From the NCBI GenBank assembly GCA_027053075.1, contig JALUEE010000090.1:1-64000 (forward strand): 64,000 nucleotides of DNA, written 5' to 3'. Under the pieces are notes generated by a model, which ran no database searches, was not told where the DNA came from, and was given only the letters and a program-made list of their open reading frames with translations. Source of the DNA: a candidate division WOR-3 bacterium (GTDB lineage Bacteria > Hydrothermota > Hydrothermia > B15-G9 > WFZT01). This document shows, piece after piece, positions 49,650 through 60,751 of this stretch (its first letter is position 1; every line of letters begins with the position of its first letter). Made by a program: the position numbers and the translations under genes.

Positions 49650-52400
49650 ATGCAATCAATGTTATTGGCATTTTTATTGTTTTCGCAGCAGCAGGTGACG
49701 ATACAGCAGATTCAAGGTAACGGTCCAACGTCCCCCTATGTTGGTCAAAGAGTGATAACCACTGGAGTAGTAACTGGTGTCTACCAGCATGGATTTTTTA
49801 TAGAGGACACCAGTGCAGGTCCCTGGAGTGGAATATGGGTCCATTCATACGCAAGTGTTGCAAGGGGTGACTTTATCAGGCTTTCTGGGGTTGTGGTGGA
49901 ATACTACGATTTAACCGAGCTTGATAGCACGGAGAATGTTTCAGTGCTGGCTCATGGATATGTCATCCCCCCGGAGACCCTTTCAACCCATGATGTTGCC
50001 AATGAGATGTGGGAAAGTGTACTGGTGACGGTTCTTGGGGCCGTATGTGATTCTCTTCCCAACCAGTACGGTGAATGGTGGGTGAATGATGGAAGTGGCC
50101 CAATAATGGTTGACGATATGGGATACGCCGCATCTCCAACCCTCGGTCACTGTTACAATATAACCGGGCCGGTTTACTATTCCTATAGAAATTATAAAAT
50201 TGAGCCGAGGGACGCCAACGATGTTCAGGAAGTTGTCTGTCCCATTAGATTCACAAATGTTTACTTTAACCCAACTTTGCCAGATCCAGACGAGGATGTT
50301 TCTGTGGTTGCAGTGGTGAGTTCTCATACCCAGATTTATCAGGACTCGTTGTTTTATGCAGTAAACGGGACTTCTTCCTGGAATTCTGTGCCTCACGACA
50401 GTGTTGTCGGCTCAAACTACTATTACACTATTCCTCATCAGCCACTCGGTAGTATAGTCCATTTCTATATCACGCTCTGGAGGCAGGACTTAAGCTTTGA
50501 AACATCCGATACTCTCATGTATCTCGTGCCTGATTTCTCGAAAACCATTCCGCTTGGTTTTGTCCATGTCCTCGATAGAAACGGAGTTTCTATTCTTGAA
50601 GGAAGAACCATTAAATTTACCGGGAAATTAACCACGGGAGGCGAACTTGGCCTCACATACTTCTTGCAGGATACCTCAGGTGGAATAGCCATCTATAATC
50701 CGGGAGTCTCTCTGAATAGAGGCGACAGTGTTGTGGGAATGGGCACTGTGGAGTCTTATTACGGTCTTGCGGAATTGAAAAATGTTTCCTTCAGCTTGAT
50801 TGAGCATGGAAACGAAATACCTCCACAGGTGGTTACCTGCAGGGAGCTTTCGGAGAATGGAGAGAAGTATGAAGGTAAACTTTTGAGAATAAAGGGTGTA
50901 ACCTCGACTGCTACCTTCTTCCCGGTGGATGGAACCATCACTGTGACTGATTCAACAGGTACTTTTACCCTTTTCATCGACAGAGATACTGACCTTGGCT
51001 CGCTTCCTGTGCCTGAGGGAGAGTTTGATGTTATTGGTGTTCTTTCCCAGCACGATGCAACACCTCCTTATACTGAAGGCTATCAGCTCGTCCCAAGGTC
51101 CCACGAGGATGTGATATTCCAGGGTAATGGAAGTGGTGAGGTCAATATTATCCCGCCCATCGCTTTTCCCGGTGACACGACGTCACTGCATTTTGAAGGT
51201 AGCAATTTACCTGGAAATGTCAGGGTAGTTATCCCAACAGGGCTCGAATGGAGCTTTGATACTACTGATGTCCAGGTATCAGGTGTTGACTCATTTAGTA
51301 TTGATACGACCTCGCGTTTTGTTACTTTTTACAGCACGGACACACTGATTTCTTTTGACCTTGAAAATGTATATGTGCCCGATACAACAAGAGATTACAT
51401 CTTCATGGTGAAGACCTCTTCTGGCACCAGTTTCAGGAGAATAATGAAATATCCGGTGCTCTACACAGTGACTCCGCTTAAGGATGTTCAGGGTGACGAT
51501 TACACCTCTCCCATGCTTGGAGATACCGTTCGGATCGGAGGCTGGGTCATTGGCCCATCAGACGTGTTCAGCCCATCAGGTAAGACAACATTCTGGCTCT
51601 ATGATGGGACAGACGGTGTGGAAGCCTTTTCTTACAGCACAACACCACCTGAAAGGGTGGGAGATTTTATCGTGCTCACAGGAGTCGTCAATGAGTACAA
51701 TGGACTTACGCAGGTAACATTTTCATCTGATGGATTTACAAAGGTTTTAAGTGTATCTCCTGATTCCCCATTCCTGCCTACGCCTGATACTCTTGGAGAA
51801 TCTGAGGGACTCAACGAATCCCTTGAAGGTCATCTTGTCGTGGTTCGTGGAAATGTTGCCACTGATCCGTCTCGTGGTGGCAGTGGTTTTAATCTGACAA
51901 TAATGAACGGCCTTACACCTGTTGATCTGCGAATTTTAGATGCAACCGGAATTGATGTCACACAGTTTCACAAAGGACAGGTCCTGGAAGTTAGAGGAAT
52001 TGTTTCCCAGTACGACCAGACCCCTCCATTTACTTCTGGTTACCAGCTTATGCCTGTGAAACCCGGCGATATAAGGATTTTTCAGGGTCAGACGACAACA
52101 GCGGTTTCCATGCAGCTCAACAGGTCGGTGGGAATTATAGATGATGGTAAGACTTTCACAATAACCGTGAAATCACCTTCAACTGCTGAGAATACTATTA
52201 CAATCTACGACCTCGAAGGCCGGAAGATCAGGACACTGATTGAGCGACACGTGGGGCCTGTGGTGGTAAACTGGAATCTACTTGACGATTACGGCCAGAC
52301 GGTTAAATTAGGAATGTATATCATTCAGCTAAAGTCAATTGTAGGTGGAAAGACAAAAGTTTTAAATAAACTTGTGCTTGTGACGAGGAGGTTTAAGTAA
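49650..52400 (+). CDS. Secreted protein with repeated OB-type modules, Ig-like spacers and a FlgD-Ig-like C-terminal domain
   Basis: Three repeats of I..(I/V)QG..SP..G..V..G / G.V.EY.GLT / YQL.P; C-terminal IYDLEGRKIRTL..W..G.Y. Confidence 0.75.
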   Translation: MQSMLLAFLLFSQQQVTIQQIQGNGPTSPYVGQRVITTGVVTGVYQHGFFIEDTSAGPWSGIWVHSYASVARGDFIRLSGVVVEYYDLTELDSTENVSVLAHGYVIPPETLSTHDVANEMWESVLVTVLGAVCDSLPNQYGEWWVNDGSGPIMVDDMGYAASPTLGHCYNITGPVYYSYRNYKIEPRDANDVQEVVCPIRFTNVYFNPTLPDPDEDVSVVAVVSSHTQIYQDSLFYAVNGTSSWNSVPHDSVVGSNYYYTIPHQPLGSIVHFYITLWRQDLSFETSDTLMYLVPDFSKTIPLGFVHVLDRNGVSILEGRTIKFTGKLTTGGELGLTYFLQDTSGGIAIYNPGVSLNRGDSVVGMGTVESYYGLAELKNVSFSLIEHGNEIPPQVVTCRELSENGEKYEGKLLRIKGVTSTATFFPVDGTITVTDSTGTFTLFIDRDTDLGSLPVPEGEFDVIGVLSQHDATPPYTEGYQLVPRSHEDVIFQGNGSGEVNIIPPIAFPGDTTSLHFEGSNLPGNVRVVIPTGLEWSFDTTDVQVSGVDSFSIDTTSRFVTFYSTDTLISFDLENVYVPDTTRDYIFMVKTSSGTSFRRIMKYPVLYTVTPLKDVQGDDYTSPMLGDTVRIGGWVIGPSDVFSPSGKTTFWLYDGTDGVEAFSYSTTPPERVGDFIVLTGVVNEYNGLTQVTFSSDGFTKVLSVSPDSPFLPTPDTLGESEGLNESLEGHLVVVRGNVATDPSRGGSGFNLTIMNGLTPVDLRILDATGIDVTQFHKGQVLEVRGIVSQYDQTPPFTSGYQLMPVKPGDIRIFQGQTTTAVSMQLNRSVGIIDDGKTFTITVKSPSTAENTITIYDLEGRKIRTLIERHVGPVVVNWNLLDDYGQTVKLGMYIIQLKSIVGGKTKVLNKLVLVTRRFK

Positions 52401-52402
52401 CA

Positions 52403-53788
52403 TTGGCAGACCCGAGAGTTTTAACAGATAAAAAGCCACCGCACTCTATAGAAGCAGAGATGAGTGTACTGGGCTCTATGATGCTCGATGAGAGTGCGGT
52501 GCATAAGGCTATTGAAATTCTCCGTGAAGAGGATTTTTACCTGAAATCCCACAGAATTATTTTCAAAACCCTGGTGGAACTTTATGAGGAGCGCTCCACG
52601 ACGGACATCCTCTCAGTAAAGGACAAGCTTGAGAAGGAAAACAAACTGCAGGAGATCGGTGGGCCAGAGTATCTCAGTGCACTTGTTGAGGCTGTGATTA
52701 CTCCGGACCTTGTTACTGAACATGCAAAGATTGTGCTCGAGAAGTCCATTTACAGACGTGTCATTCAGGTGGCAAACTCCATACTTATGCAGGCTTATCA
52801 GGAAGGTGAGCCGGCAGACTACCTTCTTGATTTTGCAGAGCACAAAATCCTTGAGATCGGTCAGAGAAGGGTTTCAGGCGGATGGGTGAAAAGTAGTAAA
52901 GTGATTGTGGATGTATTTGAAGAAATTGAAGCCATGATCAAAAGGGGTGAGGGCATCGTAAGTGGACTCCCCAGTGGATTCAAAGACCTGGATAAGCTTA
53001 CAACCGGTTTCCAGCCCGGTGACCTTGTAATTCTTGCATCAAGACCGTCAGTGGGAAAAACAACCCTCGCCTTGAATATAATGCGACACCTGTCCATTGA
53101 GGAAAACATTCCGACTGCTATCTTCAGTCTGGAGATGACAAAGGAGCAGCTCGCATTTCGCCTCTTGTGCATGGAAGCTCGAGTTGACGCCCAGAAAATA
53201 AGAAAAGGTTATGTGGACAAGTCTGAAATCAAGAAGTTAACTGATGCCGCAAGTGTACTCTCAAAGGCTCCGATCTTTATTGATGACACACCTGCAATTT
53301 CAATTCTTGAGCTCAAAGCCAAAGCAAGAAGGATAGTGAAAGATGAGGGTGTAAAGCTGATAGCAGTTGACTACCTCCAGCTTGTTCAGGGGCCAAGGGA
53401 TGTAGACAACAGGCAGCAGGAAATTTCTGCCATTTCCCGTTCTCTTAAGGCACTCGCAAAGGAGCTGAATATCACAGTCCTTGCACTTTCTCAGCTCTCA
53501 CGTGCAGTTGAGCAGAGGCATGACAAGCGGCCGCAGCTGTCTGACCTCAGGGAATCGGGTGCTATTGAGCAGGATGCGGATACTGTCCTCTTCATCTACA
53601 GGCCTGAAATGGGCAGAAGAGAAGAGGAAGTTCCCGAAGAAGAAAGAAACGTTGCAGAAATCATTATCGGAAAACAAAGAAACGGTCCTGTCGGGACCAT
53701 TAAATTAGTATTCTTGAAGAACCAGCTGAGGTTTGAGAACTTTACACAACAGGAGGAAGAAATTCCTGAAATAGACATCATTGGATAA
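52403..53788 (+). CDS. dnaB: Replicative DNA helicase
   Basis: PPHS.EAE, RPSVGKT, FSLEM, DYLQL, LSQLSR, DLRESGAIEQDAD, KQRNGP; TTG start. Confidence 0.97.
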   Translation: MADPRVLTDKKPPHSIEAEMSVLGSMMLDESAVHKAIEILREEDFYLKSHRIIFKTLVELYEERSTTDILSVKDKLEKENKLQEIGGPEYLSALVEAVITPDLVTEHAKIVLEKSIYRRVIQVANSILMQAYQEGEPADYLLDFAEHKILEIGQRRVSGGWVKSSKVIVDVFEEIEAMIKRGEGIVSGLPSGFKDLDKLTTGFQPGDLVILASRPSVGKTTLALNIMRHLSIEENIPTAIFSLEMTKEQLAFRLLCMEARVDAQKIRKGYVDKSEIKKLTDAASVLSKAPIFIDDTPAISILELKAKARRIVKDEGVKLIAVDYLQLVQGPRDVDNRQQEISAISRSLKALAKELNITVLALSQLSRAVEQRHDKRPQLSDLRESGAIEQDADTVLFIYRPEMGRREEEVPEEERNVAEIIIGKQRNGPVGTIKLVFLKNQLRFENFTQQEEEIPEIDIIG

Positions 53789-53794
53789 GGAGGT

Positions 53795-54184
53795 TTGAAG
53801 ATGAAAGTTCAGCTGATTTTGTCGCTGATTTACTTTATAGTCGCGGCACTGTTTTTGGGAGTAAACTCGGAGTATGCAAGAGGGACATTCCACATCAACC
53901 TGATTTTCGGGAAAGCAGATGTTGCCATTTTCCCTTTGATTATTGGCATCTCTTTCATCTGGATGCTCATCATTATTCTCATTGACTACATGAGCATAAA
54001 CTCGCTAAAGAAGCAGATTTACAAGCTAAAAGCACAGGTCCACGACACTGAAAAATCCGAGATGCTAAAACTCCTTAAAGAAATCAATGAAAAATTTGAT
54101 GGGCACGCAACAACTGTTTATCAGCAGTTGCATGAAATTGAGGAGATAATCAAGGGAAAGCAAAATCAGCAGAAAACGGAGTAG
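53795..54184 (+). CDS. Small two-TM + coiled-coil protein, LapA-like architecture
   Basis: Two hydrophobic segments, charged tail, AAGGAGGT RBS. Confidence 0.6.
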   Translation: MKMKVQLILSLIYFIVAALFLGVNSEYARGTFHINLIFGKADVAIFPLIIGISFIWMLIIILIDYMSINSLKKQIYKLKAQVHDTEKSEMLKLLKEINEKFDGHATTVYQQLHEIEEIIKGKQNQQKTE

Positions 54185-54188
54185 GGGA

Positions 54189-55556
54189 ATGAAAATTTAC
54201 AACACGTTAACAAAGAAGCTGGACGATTTTGTGCCAATACGAGATAACAAAGTCGGTTTTTACATGTGCGGAATGACCGTTCAGGACAGACCGCACCTGG
54301 GGCATTTGAGGACCTTTACCACCGGTGATATCGTGCGGCGGTATCTCATTTACAAAGGTTACGAAGTCACATACGTGACAAACTTTACGGATATTGACGA
54401 CAAAATTATTCAGAAATCACATGACCTTGGGATTGACTGGCGAAAGATCGGAGAAACCTACATCGAGGAATTTTTCAAAGTAACCGATGAAATAAACATC
54501 ATGCGAGCTGATTATTATCCGCGAGCGACCCAATTCATTCAGGAAATAATCGAGGCGGTGGAAATTCTGGTGGACAAAGGGTTTGCCTATGTCACCGGCG
54601 GCGATGTCTGGTTTGATGTCAGGAAGAAAAAGGACTATGGAAAGCTCTCTGGCAAAAAACTTGAGGACCTGATGGAGGGCGCGAGGGTTGAGCCTTCCCC
54701 AAATAAGAAATTCCCCATGGATTTCTCCGTCTGGAAGGCCTGGAAAGAGGGTGAACCTTATTGGTGGTCTCCATGGGGGAAGGGCAGACCCGGATGGCAC
54801 ATTGAGTGTTCGGTGATGTCCACACATTACCTTGGACAGCCCTTTGACATTCATGGTGGGGCGCAGGATTTGATTTTCCCGCACCATGAGAATGAAATTG
54901 CCCAGTCCGAGGCAATAAGGGGCACAGAATACGTTAGATACTGGCTCCACGGTGGCTTTGTAAATATAAAAGGCGAAAAGATGTCCAAAAGCAAGGGACT
55001 CTTTTTTGCTGCCCAGGAAGTTTTGAAAGAATACGGTGCCAATCCTGTGAGACTATATTTCCTTCAAACTCATTATAGAAGTCCCATAGATTTTTCGGCC
55101 GAAAGGCTGACTGAGTCTCAAAAGGCTTGGGAAAGGATTTCGAATTTCCTCGAAAAAGTACCGGAGGGTAACGGAAAGGAGACGGACTTTTCTTTTGCTG
55201 GTGAATACCTGAAGAGATTTGAAGAAGCTATGGACGAGGATTTCAACACACCCCGTGCAGTTGCGGTAATTTTTGATATGGTAAAGCAGGGAAATGCACT
55301 TCTTGATAAGGAGCCTGAGAAGGCGGCAGAAATCGGCAGAGTACTTAGAACAATCTTAAATATTCTTGGATTCAAGCCTGAGAAAAAAGAGAGAGCAGGA
55401 ATCGAAGATGATCTTGTTTCTATCATCGTAGAAGTCCGCCAGAAGATGCGCCAGGAAAAGAAATTTGAAATTGCGGACTGGATCAGAGACCAGCTCAAAA
55501 ATCTTGGAGTAATCCTCGAGGACACCCCTCAGGGGACAAAGTGGAAGATAAAATAA
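54189..55556 (+). CDS. cysS: Cysteine-tRNA ligase
   Basis: CG.TV...HLGH, GRPGWHIECS, FPHHENE, KMSKS. Confidence 0.97.
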   Translation: MKIYNTLTKKLDDFVPIRDNKVGFYMCGMTVQDRPHLGHLRTFTTGDIVRRYLIYKGYEVTYVTNFTDIDDKIIQKSHDLGIDWRKIGETYIEEFFKVTDEINIMRADYYPRATQFIQEIIEAVEILVDKGFAYVTGGDVWFDVRKKKDYGKLSGKKLEDLMEGARVEPSPNKKFPMDFSVWKAWKEGEPYWWSPWGKGRPGWHIECSVMSTHYLGQPFDIHGGAQDLIFPHHENEIAQSEAIRGTEYVRYWLHGGFVNIKGEKMSKSKGLFFAAQEVLKEYGANPVRLYFLQTHYRSPIDFSAERLTESQKAWERISNFLEKVPEGNGKETDFSFAGEYLKRFEEAMDEDFNTPRAVAVIFDMVKQGNALLDKEPEKAAEIGRVLRTILNILGFKPEKKERAGIEDDLVSIIVEVRQKMRQEKKFEIADWIRDQLKNLGVILEDTPQGTKWKIK

Positions 55557-55788
55557 AATCTGGTTTTTAGGGATGTAGAGTTGTTTTAATTTTTGTGGGG
55601 CCGCGCACTATTTTTCAAACTTCAAGCCTTTCGGTCAATATTTATACACTCGCTCAGGAATATCTCATTTTTCCTGAACCTGCAAATACCCATTTGCCCA
55701 TGGAGCCAGGATAGGAAGAGAATTTGTCTTACATTCTTTGACACAACCTTTATAATTTCTATGACAAAAACTTCATGGAGGTGTTTTT

Positions 55789-57459
55789 ATGGATCGTCCG
55801 TGGCTGAAATTCTACGATGAAGATGTACCACGGAGTATTGATTATCCCAGAATGCCCATCTATGGCATTCTCGATGGTTCAGCAGAAAAGTTCCCCTCCA
55901 AAACGGCTTCCATATTCTACGGTAAAAAGCTCACTTACAAAGAGCTAAAAGAATTATCCGATAGATTTGCAAATTCCCTCAAAAAACTTGTCATTGGAAA
56001 AGGAGACAAAGTAGCACTTCTCCTGCCAAACTTCCCGGGTTACGTTATTGCCTACTTTGGTGCTTTAAAATCCGGCGCTGTCGTTGTCCCACTGAATCCC
56101 CTTTACACAGAGAGTGAGCTTGAGTTTCACTTTAACGATTCCAGTGCGGAGACCGTTGTTACAATCCCTATGTTTGTTGAAAAGGCAGCCGCACTAACGA
56201 AAAAGACACCACTCAAGCGTGTCATCGTTTCCTACATTGCTGACTTTTTACCATTTCCCCTCAGTTTTGTTCAGAAACTCAGAGAAAATCCATATGTGAA
56301 GCGGGCAAAGAAGACCATTTCAGGTGAGCTTCTCAATATGAAAGACATGATTTCGAGCCCTGCCACTGGTTTTAAACCTGCACAGGTGAATCCCGATGAG
56401 CTTGGAATTCTCATTTATTCGGGAGGTACAACAGGTGTGGCAAAGGGGATAATGCTCTCTCACTACGCAGTTGTGGCAAATGCCCACATGATCAAAGCCT
56501 GGGGTCACCTTGATGAAAACGAGAGGATGCTGGCAGTGCTGCCGTTTTTTCACGGCTACGGCATGAATGTAACCATGAACGCAGCACTACTCTCGGGCAT
56601 GTCCATTGTAATGCTGCCCAGATTCAGCGCGCGCGAGATGGCAAAGACCATTGATAAATACAAACCCACGCAGACCGCAGTTGTTCCCACCATCCTCGTT
56701 GCACTTTCCGCTGTCAAAAACGTGGAAAAGTATGATTTTTCAAGCCTCAAGGCCATTTGGGTTGGAGCTGCCCCGCTGACTGCTGCCATCAAAGAGAATT
56801 TTGAGAAGAAAACCGGTGGACGTGCCATAGAGGGTTATGGCCTCACCGAGGCAGTCACTGCAATAATGGCCAATCCCATGAAGGGAAAACACAAGGTAGG
56901 AAGTATCGGACTCCCATTCCCTGATGTTGATGCGAAAATCGTTTCACTTGATGGAACAAAAGACCTTCCATCCGGTGAGGTGGGAGAGATTGCACTAAAA
57001 ACCCCGACCGTGATGCTCGGTTACTACAATAGACCCGAGGAAACTGCAAAAACCATTAAAGACGGCTGGCTTCTCACTGGGGATATTGGTTTTATGGACG
57101 AAGAGGGTTATTTTTATATAACCGACAGGAAAAAGGACCTCATCATTGTTGGTGGATTTAACGTTTTCCCGAGGGAAATTGACGAGTTGATTTATAAGCA
57201 TCCGAAGGTGAAAGAGGGAATAACTGTTGGCGTGCCTGATGAATTTAAGGGTGAGAAAATAAAAGTCTTTATCGTGCTCAAAGAGGGTGTTACAGCCACG
57301 GCAGAAGAGTTTATTGAATATTTCAAAAAGCACCTTGCCCCCTACAAAGTGCCAAGTGAGGTAGAATTCAGGAAAGAGCTTCCAAAGAGTGCAATTGGAA
57401 AGATTCTTCGAAGGGTACTAAGAGAGGAGGAAATCAAAAAGCGTGGTAAAAATACCTAA
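55789..57459 (+). CDS. Long-chain-fatty-acid--CoA ligase (FadD-like)
   Basis: YSGGTTG..KG, LPFFH.YG, EGYGLTE, TGDIG, PKSAIGKILRR. Confidence 0.9.
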   Translation: MDRPWLKFYDEDVPRSIDYPRMPIYGILDGSAEKFPSKTASIFYGKKLTYKELKELSDRFANSLKKLVIGKGDKVALLLPNFPGYVIAYFGALKSGAVVVPLNPLYTESELEFHFNDSSAETVVTIPMFVEKAAALTKKTPLKRVIVSYIADFLPFPLSFVQKLRENPYVKRAKKTISGELLNMKDMISSPATGFKPAQVNPDELGILIYSGGTTGVAKGIMLSHYAVVANAHMIKAWGHLDENERMLAVLPFFHGYGMNVTMNAALLSGMSIVMLPRFSAREMAKTIDKYKPTQTAVVPTILVALSAVKNVEKYDFSSLKAIWVGAAPLTAAIKENFEKKTGGRAIEGYGLTEAVTAIMANPMKGKHKVGSIGLPFPDVDAKIVSLDGTKDLPSGEVGEIALKTPTVMLGYYNRPEETAKTIKDGWLLTGDIGFMDEEGYFYITDRKKDLIIVGGFNVFPREIDELIYKHPKVKEGITVGVPDEFKGEKIKVFIVLKEGVTATAEEFIEYFKKHLAPYKVPSEVEFRKELPKSAIGKILRRVLREEEIKKRGKNT

Positions 57460-58564
57460 GAGGCACGAGGTTTGCAGGAAATTTAAGGAGCAGGGGGGAA
57501 AGGTTGCGGCAGTATTGCCCATCCATTATCCGAGAGCACTTTTGAGGGCTTTTGATATACTACCTGTGGAAGTGTGGGGACCTCCTCAAGTGGACGTAAG
57601 TTATGGAGGTGCACACCTGCAGCCCTATGTTTGCTCGATAGTTCACAATGCCCTTTCGTTTCTCAAAACCGGTGGGCTGGATGAAACCGACATTATCATT
57701 GTTCCGCACACGTGTGACTCGCTTCAGGGATTTGGAAGCATTCTGCTTGATTTTGTTAAGCCCAGACAGCCGGTTTTTCCAATTTATTTGCCACGCGGAA
57801 AAAGGTCGGAGGATGTTGAATTTCTGGTGAATGAGTTTAAATCTCTATACAGGGGGCTCGAAAAAATTACCGGCAAAAGCCCGATGGATGATGAGATGCT
57901 TAAGAGAATCGAAATTGAAGAGGAGGCCGATGCAAAGCTAAAAGAGCTTTATGAGATCAGGGGTGAATTTTCCTTTGAGTCAGGAAAGACCAAAAGCAGG
58001 TCAAGCAAGGGAGAAGCCCTTTCAACCTACGATTTTTACAGGGTTGTGCGGGCAAGAGAATTTTTACCAGCCGAGAAATTTATTGAGATTGCTGACGAGG
58101 TGATTTCGGAATATTCATTTGTAAGAGATGGTGTGCCTGTGATACTTTCGGGGATAGTTCCAGAGCCCATGGAGGTTTTGAATGCCATTGAAGAAGCCGG
58201 GGGATTTGTCGTTGTAGATGACCTTGCCTGCTGTGGCAGACGTCTTTATGGACGTGGAAAATCGAGTGAGCCATTGAAAAGGATGGCCGAAAGGATTATT
58301 TTCGGGCCACCTGATGTGACACGAGGGAATTTGATTGAGGAGAGGTTTGAACATTTGAAGTATCTTGCTGAGGTCACAGGGGCACGCGGTATCATTTTCT
58401 ATACTGTAAAGTTCTGCGAGCCCGAGTTATTTGATTTACCTGACCTGAAGAATATGCTGAAGAGTGCGGGGGTACCTTCGGTGCAGGTTGAGATCGATAT
58501 CGGTGACCCATTACCTCATCAGACTATCACGAGATTGACTGCGTTTTTAGAGGTGCTGGCATGA
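57443..58564 (+). CDS. 2-hydroxyacyl-CoA dehydratase beta-type subunit (HadC/HgdB/BcrC family)
   Basis: VCS, HTCD and KFCEP Cys ligands; TRL.AF.E C-terminus. Confidence 0.85.
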   Translation: MVKIPKRHEVCRKFKEQGGKVAAVLPIHYPRALLRAFDILPVEVWGPPQVDVSYGGAHLQPYVCSIVHNALSFLKTGGLDETDIIIVPHTCDSLQGFGSILLDFVKPRQPVFPIYLPRGKRSEDVEFLVNEFKSLYRGLEKITGKSPMDDEMLKRIEIEEEADAKLKELYEIRGEFSFESGKTKSRSSKGEALSTYDFYRVVRAREFLPAEKFIEIADEVISEYSFVRDGVPVILSGIVPEPMEVLNAIEEAGGFVVVDDLACCGRRLYGRGKSSEPLKRMAERIIFGPPDVTRGNLIEERFEHLKYLAEVTGARGIIFYTVKFCEPELFDLPDLKNMLKSAGVPSVQVEIDIGDPLPHQTITRLTAFLEVLA

Positions 58565-59883
58565 GTTTGAAAGACCATCTCAAATATTACTGGAATGTGA
58601 AGCTTGTTGGGAGTGCCTATCTCAGGTGGCAGAGGTGGCAGGCAGAGCGGAAGCCTCGAATTCCGCGAAATTGGAGAACGAATATAATCGCACCACCGCT
58701 GAAGATCAGTGCCCGCACAAAAGAGCTGATCTCAAGGCATTATCTTGAGGGAAGGTATGCGAATGGGCATAAGCCTGTTGCGTGGGTTACATCTGGTGGG
58801 CCGGTCGAAATCCTTCAGGCTCTTGGCTTTTATGTTTTGTATCCTGAAAATCACGGCGCGCTCTGTGGAGCGCGCCGTTACGCTCTTGAACTCTCAGAAG
58901 AGGCCGAAAACTACGGTTTCTCCCAGGATATTTGCTCATACGCGAGGACGGATATAGGGAGCATGCTCTCGGGGAAGACACCGATTGGAAGACTTCCAAA
59001 GCCTGATCTTCTGCTTGCATGCACAAATATTTGTCAGACAGTGCTTTTCTGGTATCGAGTGCTTGCAAAGCATTTTAACGTTCCGATTATCCTGATTGAC
59101 ACACCATTCGTTTACAAAGATGCACCGGAGCACGCTATTGAATACGTGAAAAAGCAGCTCGAGGCTTCGATTCCGGTGGCCCAGAGGGTTGCAAAGAAAA
59201 AGCTTAGCTTTAAAAAATTAAAGGAAGTTGTGAGGCTCAGCCGTGAGGCTTCTGAGCTGTGGCTCGAGATTATGTATAGGGGAAAGGCAAAGCCTGCCCC
59301 GATCTCGGTTTTTGACCAGTTCATACACATGGCTCCAATTGTGGAGATGCGGGGTAAACCCGAAACGGTGGATTTTTACGCAGCAATGCTCAAAGAGGTT
59401 GATGAAAGAATCAAAAAGGGTATCGGAGCAGTGAAGAATGAGAGGAAAAGGCTGCTCTGGGATAATTTGCCCATCTGGTATAAACTGAGATTCCTTGCGG
59501 AGTATCTTGGTGAGCATGGGATTTCGGTGGTTGCTTCTACTTATACCATGGCATGGGGTGAGCTTGCCCCATTGATTGACCCGGAAAGACCCATTGAATC
59601 AATGGCAAAGACTTATATTTACCCAATTTTGAATCGTGGAACAGGCTACAAGTTGCAAAAGATGAGGGACATGGTTGAGGAATTTGACCTTGATGGTGCA
59701 ATTTTGCATTCTGACCGCTCGTGTAAGCCTTATTCTATCGGACAGGTGGATCAGAGGAACAGATTGATCAGTGAATACGGGATACCTGCTCTTATTTTAG
59801 AGGCTGATCATAATGATCCCCGGGCATTTGCAGATGAGCAGGTAAAAGCAAGACTTGATTCATTTATAGAGATGCTGGAATGA
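58561..59883 (+). CDS. 2-hydroxyacyl-CoA dehydratase alpha-type subunit (HadB/HgdA/BcrB family)
   Basis: YPENH, DICSYAR, NIC, RSCKP, D..DPR. Confidence 0.88.
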   Translation: MSLKDHLKYYWNVKLVGSAYLRWQRWQAERKPRIPRNWRTNIIAPPLKISARTKELISRHYLEGRYANGHKPVAWVTSGGPVEILQALGFYVLYPENHGALCGARRYALELSEEAENYGFSQDICSYARTDIGSMLSGKTPIGRLPKPDLLLACTNICQTVLFWYRVLAKHFNVPIILIDTPFVYKDAPEHAIEYVKKQLEASIPVAQRVAKKKLSFKKLKEVVRLSREASELWLEIMYRGKAKPAPISVFDQFIHMAPIVEMRGKPETVDFYAAMLKEVDERIKKGIGAVKNERKRLLWDNLPIWYKLRFLAEYLGEHGISVVASTYTMAWGELAPLIDPERPIESMAKTYIYPILNRGTGYKLQKMRDMVEEFDLDGAILHSDRSCKPYSIGQVDQRNRLISEYGIPALILEADHNDPRAFADEQVKARLDSFIEMLE

Positions 59884-60656
59884 TTAAAGCAATAGGAATT
59901 GATGTAGGTTCAACAACGGCAAAGATTGTAGGAGTTAACGAGGGTGGGGACTTTGTGTGGAGCTATATTGAACCTGCCGACCCAAGGGTAGAGGACCAGG
60001 TGGAGAGGTTTCTCGAGAAGGTCAGGGAAGTGGCAGGTTCCATTGAAGGAATTCCCATAGTGGCAACAGGTTATGGAAGAAACCTTGTCCATCAGGCAAC
60101 GAAGAAGGTGACAGAAATCACCTGCCATGCGCGCGGGGTTTTCAAGCAGCTTGGCCATGGTGGAACGCTTGTGGATATTGGTGGACAGGACAGTAAGGTG
60201 ATTGTAATAGGGCCGCATGGAGAGGTGGTGGATTTCACCATGAACGACAAGTGCGCCGCAGGGACAGGAAGATTTCTTGAAAATACTGCCGGAAGGCTCA
60301 GGGTGAAGCTCGAAGAGATGGGGAGTGTGGCCCTCTCTGCTCCTGAAGAGGTGAAAATTTCCAGTACGTGTACGGTTTTTGCTGAATCTGAGATTATTTC
60401 AATGATTGCTCATGGTGTGAGGGTTGAGCCCATTTTAAAGGGGCTTCACAGGTCCCTTGTGAAGCGAATTGTTGCCATGATTAGAAGTGTGGGGCTGGTG
60501 CCTCCATTGATGCTGTCCGGGGGAGTAGTAAAAAACCCGGCAATAAGGAAGATGATTGAGGAAGAAACGGGAGAGAAGGTAATTTTACCCGAGCACCCGC
60601 AGTTCATGGGCGCCTACGGCGCCGCCTTGATAGGATTGAAGTTGGGGAAAGGGTAG
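59880..60656 (+). CDS. Dehydratase activator ATPase (HadI/HgdC, ASKHA fold)
   Basis: [49 protein letters not shown]. Confidence 0.93.
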   Translation: MIKAIGIDVGSTTAKIVGVNEGGDFVWSYIEPADPRVEDQVERFLEKVREVAGSIEGIPIVATGYGRNLVHQATKKVTEITCHARGVFKQLGHGGTLVDIGGQDSKVIVIGPHGEVVDFTMNDKCAAGTGRFLENTAGRLRVKLEEMGSVALSAPEEVKISSTCTVFAESEIISMIAHGVRVEPILKGLHRSLVKRIVAMIRSVGLVPPLMLSGGVVKNPAIRKMIEEETGEKVILPEHPQFMGAYGAALIGLKLGKG

Positions 60657-60751
60657 GCAAATTAGGAGAATTATTAAATTCAAAGAATTTTGTTTACTTT
60701 CCTGAGAGTTATTTGGTTATAGCAATCCCCATTGGAAATTATAAAATATAG

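Noticed and set aside
57443..60656. Benzoyl-CoA reductase (aromatic degradation)
   Set aside because: Only one activator subunit, a FadD-like ligase, and no dch/had/oah ring-cleavage genes nearby; not fully excluded without a phylogeny
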